Assembly: GCF_000143415.4 (NCBI RefSeq) | Contig: NW_003314302.1 | Span: 1,269,554 to 1,289,517 of the forward strand | DNA from: Selaginella moellendorffii | Lineage: Eukaryota; Plantae; Lycopodiophyta | Direction of reading: 5' to 3' | DNA length: 19,964 nucleotides | Shown here: one piece after another, positions 1 through 11,149 of the stretch | Layout: each line of letters begins with the position of its first letter | How positions within the stretch are numbered: position 1 is the stretch's first letter | The notes under the pieces: generated by a model | Seen by the model: the letters and a program-made list of their open reading frames with translations, nothing else | Told to the model about the DNA's origin: nothing | The model's database searches: none | Translations under genes and position numbers: made by a program

Positions 1-704
1 GACCCCACCCCGGGGTCAAACAAAGGTGCGGGCCCAAAGCGGGGGGTGGGTTTGGCCCCAAGGGTGGGAGGAGGGCGAAACTTCCCCGTTTTTTTTAGCA
101 GAATTTGGGGGGTGGCCCCCCCCCCCCCCCCCCCCCCGTAAGGAACACATGATTTGGGCTTTCACCCCAAGCCTCCCTTAGTATTAGGAGTTAGTCTCTG
201 GGACAAGCTCAAAACTTACTAAATATGGAATGGCGCTAGAATGCAAATTTGGACATGAGACGAACACCATTGTGTTCAGGACAATCTCTACATTCTGTAG
301 ATATGCCAAATGAGCGAATCTAGACAATTTCCATAAATAATATTTAGGACCGAAATGAGACTAACACAAAGGGCATGAAAGCGAGGGTGTTTGGCAGACA
401 TGGTAAGTTATCATCTAGCGATATTGAGGGACTAATCTCAATACGTGAGGGTTCTTGTCACTAGCCAGTGCAAGACAAAATGAGACGGGAACTCCTTACC
501 GGGCTAAGTATGCTTAGATAATAACACATAGGAATTCCGTCCTTATGCTCGTCCAGTTTAAGTACACTCGAAATTCCCAGTTAACTCCGGGGCTGATAAA
601 GGGTTCAGCAATACCGACCTCCTGCCATCATGGCAGTAAGGAAAGAGTGTCAGTAAGGATTGGTTAACAGATAACTTTCGATACCCGAAGTCACATTCAT
701 GACA
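1..704 (-). repeat. 3' LTR of copy A (runs off the window start; 1-115 looks miscalled)
   Basis: 140-704 aligns with 14699-15272 and 10581-11137. It ends ...catgaCA at 704, directly next to the PPT. Confidence 0.88.
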
Positions 705-715
705 CTCTCCCCCCT
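705..715 (-). other. Polypurine tract, copy A
   Basis: Minus strand AGGGGGGAGAG immediately before the LTR-initial TG. Confidence 0.88.
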
Positions 716-3700
716 AGGGAAGATCGACATCTTCGTCAATGCATACTCAAGTCTAGAATACCGCCAAGGAAAAACTCCAGAAAAAGTTCACGGTACTCAC
801 ACTATGTGAGAAATGCATCAACTTAAATGAGTTAGGGGTAACCTCTTTGTCTAACATGGATGTGCTACCAACTCAGACACATTCCGGCCATCACCGATAA
901 GGAAATGACCAACAAAGTTAGCCACCCTTGCTACTCTGGGAGCCCGCAAGGACATAGAGAGAGAAGCTAGAGGCCCTAACCCTCATAAGCAAAGAAACCA
1001 AACCTGTCGGTAAGGTTTAAATAGACTATTGTAAACAGGCAGTTAGAGTTGTTTACACAGTCATGTCCTTTTAACGGAATAAGGATCATCGATAAAGAGG
1101 CGGGTGATGTGACCAGTCGATAGTAGCTACCCCATGACTAAAGATTTCAACATGCACATGAAGTGCCGAAGCCAATTTGCTTATACTGGCCCAAACTTCA
1201 AAGATCAATATATGGACTATATCAAAGTCATAGACAATGATATCGTAGAGTATTAATTATCAGTGAATAAAGTTTAGATTAGAACACAAAAGTATTCCAA
1301 GTAAGGTATCATATGATAAACTAGCATTACAGTATAAGAACCACCAAGATCATCATGGTTGGAAAACATAGGAATCACTATCCAACAAAATTCAATAGCA
1401 AGTATACCATCATGAAAACTCAATGATAAAATATAACTATCGAAGATTGCCGACAAAATGCCAAATAACTTACGAAAGATAACTCAAAGAACACAAAGTA
1501 TCATTGATTGACAAGCACAATGCTCGCGAATGTATCACCCAAAGGAAATAACATCCAAATCTATCAGATCCAACTATAGCAACAATCAACAAAAAAGAAT
1601 GAATGCGGTAAAACCAACAAACACTCGTTCATGCCAACCATCGCACTAGCTAATTTGAATAAATCCTAGTCAACAACACTAAGGAACTAGAGTTGCTTTA
1701 GCAAGTGTCAGCAACATCTTATTGATGGCTCAAACCCAAGAGACCAATTCAGAGCAAACTACAAAGAACATATGGTATTGCGAAAAGCCAAAAGCCATCA
1801 AAGAAAACAACGAACCATCATGAAAAATTATCAATCATCCCATCAAACAAAGAGATGCATAATCATTGTTGAAGAAAGAATCCATCAACTGAATAATAGC
1901 AAATCATTCTAGATCAACAATAATCAAGCAAAACTTTTGACAAGGATAATCAACTAGCCTAGATGATAGTCAATCATCATCAATGATTGCTAGACGCAAA
2001 AGCCAACTTCAATATTGAAGCTATTGAGCCAAAATGCCTTCCCCTAACAACTTTTAACAAATGGAACAACGAGCACAAAACTTAAGGAACCAAAAGCTCG
2101 AAAAAGCCTATAACCAAGTCTTGTTTAATAATGATCATAAATCTTGCATGAACTAACTTCAATGCTAAAGAAGAAATCATAGTATAACCCATAATACCCT
2201 CTTCAACACATTCATAAGCAAAACTTTATAATGCCAAAGCTAATGAGGAGCATATTTGCATCAACTCAAAAGCTAAGCACAATGGAGCTATGCTCAACAA
2301 ATAATCATTAAATCGATCCTCCATGAATCCATCTTTAGCAAGATGTAACTCACTTCATAACAAACCCAAAAAGAATCATCAATGATTGATATATTCTAAC
2401 TCAAATCCAATAAGGATTCAAACATTCCAATATCGATCATTAACTCCTCCTCTTATAGAGTTAGCATAGTCCACGACTAAATCACTTTTCAAGGAAAAGC
2501 TAAAGCTCAACCTTACTAAATAATCTCATCTAGAACACAACTAACTCAAACTTGCTAATCAGTTCATTTGAACATCAACATAGTTGCTAACTAGCAAATG
2601 TGCGAATGCTAATAACACAAAGTTACAATCAAATCATCAACACTATCTCTATCGAGACTAATGAAATTCAATATCAATCTTATAGAGAAACATCTCATTT
2701 CACTCAAATCTCAATATCAACCATATCAACGACAAGGCATCACTTCAATGCCATCAACACCATAACAAAGCTAGAAGAAAACAAGAGTGAATCATCACTT
2801 AAAACTCTCTAACAACCAAGCTAACCTAAGTCAAAGATACTTTACTCAGTATCCGAGACTAATCCTTCAACAACACTCAGCTACAGATAACACATCTCAA
2901 TGAGTGATTCACCATATCCAAGATTCAATGAAATCCAACACTACGAACTAAATATAACCAAATGATATCGACAGAGGTAAAGTTGACATGTCAACATGAA
3001 AAACTCATGTAAGTCTAACGACATGATCCTCTGCAACACCATCCGGTAAAGCAAGCCCATCACTACTAAATCATCATCGAGAAAAGCAAGTGTCAACAGT
3101 CCTCGACTAAGTCTACAAGTAATCACTAGTCTCAAAGCAACTAATAATCACTCCTCAACTTGCCTTCACAAGACTCAAACACCAACTCTTGTCATCAAGT
3201 TATATACTTGTCTAACATGAACGTGATACCCCAGGTACAAGATAAAAGTTCATAGAGAAGCACAAACTAAATGACCATTCGAATCCAACTTAACCGCAAT
3301 AAGCTCACTAAAACATTTAGCCACTAGCTGTGAGCATGTCTTGAAGAGGCTAGCTATGCAATCAACACTCAGTCGAAACTAAAGTGAAGATCATGAGATG
3401 GACTCATATCGGTACACAACTTCCTCATAAACAAAGCTATAGTACGGGTACCAACATCTCAACCTCAAATAACTAAATTGGACATCTCCATCCTTAGCCA
3501 AGGCACAGGGCCACCAAGACCAAGTCAAAATCAGTGAGAGCTCACTACTCTCATAGAGTTTAACGAAATGCAAGGTACAAACTACCACCAAGCACAACGT
3601 TATAGAAAAAAGGCACAAGGGTCACCTTTCTTAGAAAAGTGCAACGGCCACTTTTTTACACCAATTTCAGACTATCCAACTCAATTGCCTTAGCCTCAAA

Positions 3701-5654
3701 AGTTAGCATCCCTTTCGGGCCACATCATACAAACTATTTACTAAGGTCTAAGCCAACTAAAGTCAACTCCAACCCCTTCACTAGTTTGTATAGACTTATG
3801 AAAATGGAATGGTTTTCGAGCAAAATGACCAATAGATCAACCATTGGAAAAGTCTAAGAAAATTTGTGGAAAATTTTCCATCCTAGAGAAAGAATGATTC
3901 TCAGTCTAGGAATATAAACTTTCTAGACTCAACCAACTTCCTCCTACCAATAACTTCACATAGATTCACCTCAACACAAATTTTCATGACACATAATTTG
4001 CTTAAGTATCGAACATCGTTTTGCCTATACTTCCGACATCCAACACTAACATCCGCAAAATTGCAAAATGAACATCAAAGGCTTGATTATGAAGACCACA
4101 TCTTCAGATATTCACATTTGTACTAACACTCTTCTTCAACCACCTTCAAGATCCAATGCAATGCCAAAACACTAACAAGAAAAATGACATGGAAAATCAA
4201 GGTTTAAGGAGAATTTCTCATCACTCGAAATAACAATGCCACTTCCACCAACACTAGTGCTAATGATGTCAATGCCTCAACTACACACCATTTTCCATCT
4301 AATAATCTACTCCAAATGCTAACGGATCAATTGATGAGTTATAGCAAATGAATACTACAACCCTTTTTCCAACACCTTATGGGCAAACTCTCAAAAACAA
4401 GGAATCAACTTAAGCTTAGCATAATGGACCACCATCAAGAATCCAGTCAAGGCTACTATAATGCTATTATATGTAAGTAGACTAGCTTCACCATCAACCA
4501 CTTTAGGGTTGATCATCGTTTAACTAAGCAACTTTGTAAACACATTGTTCACTATCACATGGATATGAAATAGAAATCACAATGACTTGATCATTAATCG
4601 AGCAACATCACGAGCATCATTTGTGTCATTAATTCAAAGGTTTATATAAGTATCAAGTACCAACTTGATTCGACAAAATGCAACATAAATGCCATACTCC
4701 ACCGATAGAAATTTATAACACTCAATACCATTAACTTTTGTTCATAACATGGACAAGCTCATGCCACTCTCTTTCTGACCATTCTAAAAAACTAATCAAA
4801 CACCAAGCTACACAAGGAGCAATAGCAAGGTTCCCCGGAAAAGGATGGAGCTAAGCCTTCCAATAGCAAACATAGAAAAAATGGTATAACGCTTCATTGT
4901 TATCTATCCCTTAATTTGCCATTTGTAAGACCATCATTTCCAACACGCATCAAGGTAGGGACTCTTGATTGCATAATGTGAACATGAGCAATGAGTTAAC
5001 ACCTTGTTGCAAATCATTTCTTCAAGAAGAGAAAATGATTTATGTGTTTGATCCTTCGTCCCTGAGGATTCTCTTTTCGGTCTTTACTTTGACTAAACCT
5101 CAAGCTTGCATTTGCACTGCCTTCAGTCCAATCTAAGAAAAGTTTATGAAAGAGCACGGCAAGAATTACATGAATCAATAGACTCATCCCTACAATCTTG
5201 ATTGATTCATTTGTAATCATGCCTAGGAAGGATCCACTAGTGCCATACTAAATAGCTATGGACCAACCTATTTGCCACTTATAGCAAACTCAGGGAAAGT
5301 TTACTTAGACCCACAGTACATGGAACAATTCACGGAATAACTGGAACAACTCATGGAATCACCGATAGGCTAACATTAATCCTGCCAACTCAAAGTGTGA
5401 CCTTGAATTCCTAATGTGCCTCACTCACAAGCCCAAGTGCAAACTCATGCAAACGGAACAACTCAATCTCTCTTATGAGCCCAAGAGCAAGCTCACACAA
5501 TGCAGTACAAAAAGGTAAATAAATCCATACCCAAGGAATGAATGCAAAGTTCTAGCACCCAAACAAGTACCCACTCGGATCATCGTTTTCATCCCTACAT
5601 ATGCAATGAGATTAGTTGCCCAATTTCATTAGATAGAACTCGCCAAGACTCATC

Positions 5655-5665
5655 CTTTGATACCA
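5655..5665 (-). other. Primer binding site (tRNA-iMet), copy A
   Basis: Minus strand TGGTATCAAAG, 2 nt after the LTR end. The canonical plant Met PBS is TGGTATCAGAGC. Confidence 0.85.
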
Positions 5666-5691
5666 AATATAGCGCACATGGTTTTGACCCT

Positions 5692-5720
5692 TTATCCTAT
5701 GGTGATTTACCATAGGATAA
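5692..5720. other. Perfect 12 bp stem-loop near the LTR 3' end
   Basis: TTATCCTATGGT-gattt-ACCATAGGATAA. Also perfect at 6404-6432, and present with two changes at 14148-14176. Confidence 0.85.
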
Positions 5721-5750
5721 CACCATGAAGCAGAACCTAAACCCTCCATG

Positions 5751-5792
5751 TGCCACGTGTTCCATGTCATGTGTCACATGCCACGTGTCCAA
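5751..5792. promoter_or_regulatory. 3 x 14 bp tandem repeat in the LTR carrying G-box/ABRE motifs
   Basis: tgccacgtgttcca-tgtcatgtgtcaca-tgccacgtgtccaa, with CACGTG at 5754 and 5782. Function is not shown. Confidence 0.45.
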
Positions 5793-6222
5793 AGGACAGT
5801 GGTGTGGAACCCAAGTTTCAAGGTCTTGGGCCACTGAACGAAGGAACGGTGCCAAACTCCCAAGCTTGGAGCTAAGGAGTGACGGAATTGAACCACGGAG
5901 CAACTCCCGAGCATACAACCCAAGGAGCAAAGGGACAAAAGCCTGGAGTGACTTGGAATAGTCCTAAAGCAACCAGCATCCCAATGTTAGGACCAACATG
6001 CAAAACGGAGCCAAACGGAGTCTGGCGCTATTTCGGCATACCGGTGGCCTAATGCGAGAACATGGGTACTCCACCAGCTAGCATGGAATGGAATTTGGGC
6101 TTAGACCCAAGCCGGACGCAGAACAAGGACAAGCACACAAGTAGGAGCTAGACTATGCCTCAGGTTGGTCGGCCATGCCCAACCTACCCACTATCCCTAC
6201 TATATATTTGAAACCCTCCACA

Positions 6223-9200
6223 GCTTCGTGGTTCGGTTCCATCACTCTTTGGCTCCATGCTTGGGAGTTTGGCACCGCTCTTTCGTTCAATGGCCCAAGG
6301 CCCTGAACCTCGGGTTCCACACCACTGTCCTTTGGACACATGGCATGTGACACGTGGCATCTGTCATGTGGCACAAAGAGGGTTTAGGTTCCACTTTGTG
6401 GTGTTATCCTATGGTAAATCACCATAGGATAAAGGGTCAAAACCACGTGTGCTACATTTGGTATCAGAGGAAGAGTCTCAGCGAGTACTATTCAATAAGA
6501 TTGGACAACTAGTCTCGTTGCATACGCAGAGATGAAAACAATGATCCGAGTGGGTACACGTTAGAGTGCAAAGACTTCGCAATTGTTCCTTGGGTATGGA
6601 TTTATTTACCTTTTTGTACTGCATTGTGTGAGCTTGCTCTTGGGCTCATAAGACAAATTGAGTTGTACCGTTAGCACGAGTTTGAGCTTAGGCTCGTGAG
6701 TGAGGCACATTAGCAACTCGAGGTTACACTTTGAGTTGGCAGGATTAATGTTAGCCTATCGGTGATTCCATAAGATGTTCCATGTACCATGGGTGAAAGT
6801 AAATTTTCCCTGGGTTTACTATAAGTGGCAAATAAACTAGTCTATAGTTATTTAGCACGGCTAGTGGATCCTTCCTAGGCATGATTATGAGTGGATCAAT
6901 CAAGACTATAGGGATTAATCTATTGATTCAAGTAGTCACTACCGTGCTCTCTTATAAATTTTTCTTGGATTGAACTGAAGGCAATGCGAAAGCAAGTTTG
7001 AGGTTTAGTCAAAGATGAAACCGAAAAGAGAGTCATCAGGGATGACGGATCAAACACATAAATCATCTTCTCTTCTGGAGAGATAGTTTGCAACGAGGTG
7101 TGACTCATTGCTCGTTTTCATAGTATGCAATCAAGAGTCCCTATTTTGATGCATGTTGGAAATGATGGTCTTGCAAATGGTGAGTTATGGGATGGATAGT
7201 AGTGAAATGCTAAACCATTTTGTCTAGGCTCGCTATTGGAAGACTTGGGTTGTAATGCTCAATTCTTTTCTGGGGAACCTTGCTATTGCTCCTTAAGTAG
7301 CTTGGTGTTGGATTAGTTTTGAGTTTGGTCAGAAAGAGAGTGGCATGAGTTTATCCGTGTTGTGAACAAAAGTTAGTGGTGTTGGGTGTCGTAAATCTCT
7401 ATTGGTGGAGTGTGGTATTTATGTTGTATTTTGTCAAATCGAGTTGGCACTTGATATTCACATAAACCTTTGTAGTAGTGACATAGGTGTTACTCGTGGT
7501 GCTACTCATTTGATGATCGAGTTATTGTGATTTTATATCATATCCATGTGATAATGAGCAATGTGTTTGCGAAGTTGCTTGGTTAGACGATGATCAACCC
7601 CAAAGTGGTTGATAGTGAAGCTAGTCTACTTGCATATAGTAGCATTGTAGTAGCCTTGACTGGATTCTTGATGGTGGTCCATTATGCTAAGTTTAAGTTG
7701 CTTCCTTGTTTTTGAGGGTTTGCCCATTAAGGTGTTGGAAAAGGGTTGTAGCATTCATTTGCTATAGCTCGTCAATTGATCTGTTAGCACTTGGAGTAGA
7801 TTGTTGAATGGAGAAATGTGTAGTTGGGGTATTGACATCACTAGCATTTGTGTTAGTGGAAGTGGCATTGTTGATTCGAGTGATGAGGAATTCTCTTTAG
7901 AGCTTGATTTTCCATGTCATTTTTCTTGTTAAATGTTTTGGCTTCACATTGGATCTTGAAGATGGTTGAAGAAGAGTGTTAGTGCAATGTGGATATCTGG
8001 AGATGTGGTCTTCATGATCAAGCCTTGGATGTTCATTTTGCATTTTACAGATGTCAGTGTTGGATATCGAAAAAATAGGCACAGATGTTTGATGCTTAAG
8101 CATATTGATGGATCATGAGAATTTGTGTTGAGGTGAACCTATGTGAAGTTGTTAGTAGGAGGAAGTTGGTTGAGTCTTGAAAGTTTGCATTCCTGGATTG
8201 AGAGTCATTCTTTCTCTAGGATGGAAAATTTTCCACAAATTTTCTTAGGCTTTTCTAATGGTTGATCTGTCGATCATTTTGCTCTAAAACCTTTCCATTT
8301 TTGTAAGCCAATACAAACTAGTGAAGGGGTTGGAGTTGACTTCGGTTAGCTTAAACCTTAGTAAATAGTTTGTATGATGCAGCCCGAAAGAGATGCTAAC
8401 TTTTGGGGCTAAAGCAATTGAATTGGATAGAGTCTGGAGTTGGTGTAGAAAAGTGGCCGTTGCACTTTTCTAAGAAGGGTGACCCTTGTGCCTTTCTTCT
8501 ATAGCATTATGCTTGGTGACAAGTTGCACTTTGCATTTTATTAGACTATATGAGAGTAGTGAGCTCTCACTGATTTTGACTTGGTCTTGGTGGCCCTATG
8601 CCTTGGCTGAGGATAGTGATATCCAACTTAGTTGTTTGAGGTTGAGATGTTGGTACCCATACTATAGCTTTGTCTATGAGGAGGTTATGTACCAATATGA
8701 GTTCATCTCATGGTTTACACTTTAGTTTCAACTAAGTGTTGATCATGCATAGCTAGCCTCTTCAAGACATGCTTAGAGCTAGTGGCTAAATGTATTAGTG
8801 AGCTTATTGGGGTTGAGTTGGATTCGAGTGGTCATTTAGTTCATGTTTGTCTATGAACTTTTATCTCAATCTAGGGTATTACGTTTATGTTGGACAAGTA
8901 TATAACTCGATGACATAAGTTTAGTGTTGGGTCTTGTGAAGGCAAGTTGAAGGGTGATTGTTAGTTGCTTAGCAACTAGTCATTACTTGTAGACTTCGTC
9001 AAGGACTGTTTGACACTTGCTTCGCTCGATGATGATTTAGCAGTGATGGGCTTACTTTATCGGATGGTGTTGCAAAGGATCGTGTCGTTAGACTTACATG
9101 AGTTTTTCATGTTGACATATCGACTTTACCTCTATTGATATCATTTGGTTACATCTTGTCTGTAGTGTTAGATTTCATTGAGTTTGGACATGGTGAATCA

Positions 9201-10582
9201 CTCCTTGATGAAGTGTTATCTATAACTGAGTTTGGCTGAAGGGTTGGTCTCGAATACTAATTAAGGTATCTTCGATCTTGGTTAGCTAGGTTGTTAGAGC
9301 GCTTTGAATGGTGATTCACTTGAGCTTTCTTTTAGCTTTGTTTTGGTGTTGATGGCATTAAAGTGATGCCTTGTCGTTGACAATATTAATGTTGAGATTT
9401 GAGTGAAATGAGATATCTCTCCAAAAGATTGATATTGAGTTTCATTAGTCTTAATAGCAATAGTGTTGATGATTTGGTTGTAGTTTTGTGTTATTAGCAT
9501 TTGCATGTTTGCAAGTTGGCAACTATATTGATGTTCAAATGAATTGAGTGGCAAGCTAAGTTAGTTCCGTTCTCGACGAGATTTCTTAGTTGAGGTTGAG
9601 CTTTAGCTTTTCTTTGAAAAGTGATTTAGTCGTAGACTATACTAACTTTACGAGAGGAAGAGTTAGTGATTGATATTAGAATATTTGAGTCCTTCTTGGA
9701 TTTGAATTGGAATATATTGATCATTAATGATTTTTCTTGTGCTTGTTATGAAGTGAGTTATGTTTTCTATAGATGGATTCATGGAGGATCGTTTAGTGAT
9801 CACTTGTTGAGCATAGCTTCATTATGCTTAGCTTTTGGATTGATGCAGACATACTCTTCATTAGCTTTAGCATTATGAAGTTTAGCTTATGGATGTGTTG
9901 AGGGGGATATTGTGGGTTGTACCATGATTTCTCTTTATCATTGAAGTTAGTTTATGCGAAATTTGTGATTATTGTTAGGCAAGACTTAGCTATAGGCTTC
10001 TTCGAGCTCTTGGTTCCTTGAGTTTTTGTGCTCATTGTTCCATTTGCTAGAAGTTGTTGGGGAAGGCATTTTAGCTTTTAGCTTCGATGTTCAAGTTAGT
10101 ATTTGTATCTAGCAATCATTGGTGATGCTTGATTATCATCTAGGATAGTTGATTATCCTTGTTAAAAAGTTTTGCTTGATTATTGTTGGTATAGAATGAT
10201 TTGGTGTTCTTCGGGATGGTGGATTCTTTTTTAGCCAATGATTCTACATCTCTTTATTGATGGGATGATTGATGATCTTTCATGATGGTTAGTTAATCTT
10301 TTTGATGGCTTATGGTTTTTATGCAATACCACATATTCTTTGTGGTTTGCTCTGGATTGGTATCTTGGGTTTGAGATATCAGTAAGACGTTGCTGACATT
10401 TGCTTCGGCAACTTGAGTTCCTTGGTATTGTTAACCAGGATCTATTAAGATTGGCTGGTGCAATGGTTAGCATGACTAAGTGTTTGTTGATTTTACCATA
10501 TTTATTATGTTTTGTTGATTGTTGCTCGAGTTAGTTCTGATAGGTTAGGATGTTATCTCCTTCAGGTGATACATTCGCAAGC
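6223..10582 (+). mobile_element. Family 1 copy B: inverted fragment (last ~234 bp of 5' LTR, PBS and ~4.1 kb of internal region)
   Basis: The LTR ends ...GTGCTACA at 6456, followed by tt and the PBS. The internal region breaks off ~0.8 kb before the PPT position. Confidence 0.92.
6459..6469 (+). other. Primer binding site (tRNA-iMet), copy B
   Basis: TGGTATCAGAG exact, 2 nt after the terminal CA. Confidence 0.92.
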
Positions 10583-11137
10583 TTTCACCCTAAGCCTCCC
10601 TTAGTATCAAGAGTTAGTCTTTGGGACAAGCTCAAAACTTATTAAATATGAAATGGCGCTAGAATGTGAATTTGGACATGGGATGAACACCATTATGTTC
10701 AGGACAATCTCTACATTCCATAGATATGCCAAATGAGCAAATCTAGATACTTTCCATAAATAGTATTTAAGACTAAAATGAGACTAACACAAAGGGCATG
10801 ATAGTGAGGGTGTTTGGCAAACATAGTAAGCTATCATCCAGCAATATTGAAGGACCAATCTCAATATGCGAGGGTTCTTGTCAAGCCAATGCAAGATAAA
10901 GCAAAAGAGAACTAAGAGCCAGGCCGAGTATGCTCAGCTAGAAATACATAGGAGTTCCTACCTTATGTCCATCTAGCTAAGTACAGGTGCTAAGCCTAGT
11001 AAACTAACACTTGAACAAGAGGGGCTGATAAAGAGAACTAGCAATACTGACCTCCTGCCATCATGGTAGTAAAGAAAGAGTGTCTATAAGGACTAGCTGA
11101 CAAGTAACTTTCGATACCTGAAGTCACATTGGCAACA
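10581..11137 (-). repeat. U3-side half of the 3' LTR of copy C
   Basis: Aligns with 14716-15272 (4 transitions in one 60 bp sample). It starts TGTTGCCAATGTG on the minus strand. Confidence 0.9.
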
Positions 11138-11149
11138 CTCTCCTCCCCT
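11138..11149 (-). other. Polypurine tract, copy C
   Basis: Minus strand AGGGGAGGAGAG abutting the LTR-initial TG. Confidence 0.85.

Larger units (their letters stand above)
1..6221 (-). mobile_element. Family 1 LTR retrotransposon, copy A (apparently non-autonomous; 5' LTR truncated)
   Basis: Minus-strand order: partial LTR (6221-5668), PBS (5665-5655), ~4.96 kb internal region with no long ORF, PPT (715-705), then an LTR starting TGTCATGAATGTG at 704. Colinear with copies B and C. Confidence 0.9.
5668..6221 (-). repeat. Downstream (R/U5-side) half of the 5' LTR of copy A
   Basis: Aligns with 14124-14680 and stops just before the poly-C position. The terminal CA has decayed to TA. Confidence 0.88.
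1522..10582. repeat. Large imperfect inverted repeat: arms 1522-5901 and 6223-10582, spacer ~320 bp
   Basis: The arms are reverse-complement colinear throughout; for example ORFs 3391-3618(-) and 8486-8725(+) are homologous. Two ~60 bp samples showed 5 and 9 mismatches. Confidence 0.95.

Noticed and set aside
5735-5745. Telomere/telo-box-like CCTAAACCCT
   Set aside because: Only about one unit long, too short to support a call.
7661-7678. WILDGG, resembling the Copia protease motif WILDSG
   Set aside because: It lacks the downstream S/A..HM, a stop follows shortly, and I found no Copia integrase or RT motifs.
10571-10580. ACATTCGCAA, identical to 15261-15270, suggesting an LTR end
   Set aside because: It matches the native internal sequence (reverse complement of A 1524-1533), and the homology does not extend further.
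1522-10582. Inverted repeat as the TIRs of a foldback/DNA transposon, or an organelle IR
   Set aside because: The arms contain an LTR end, a PBS and the internal region of an LTR element. They are diverged and contain no rRNA or transposase.
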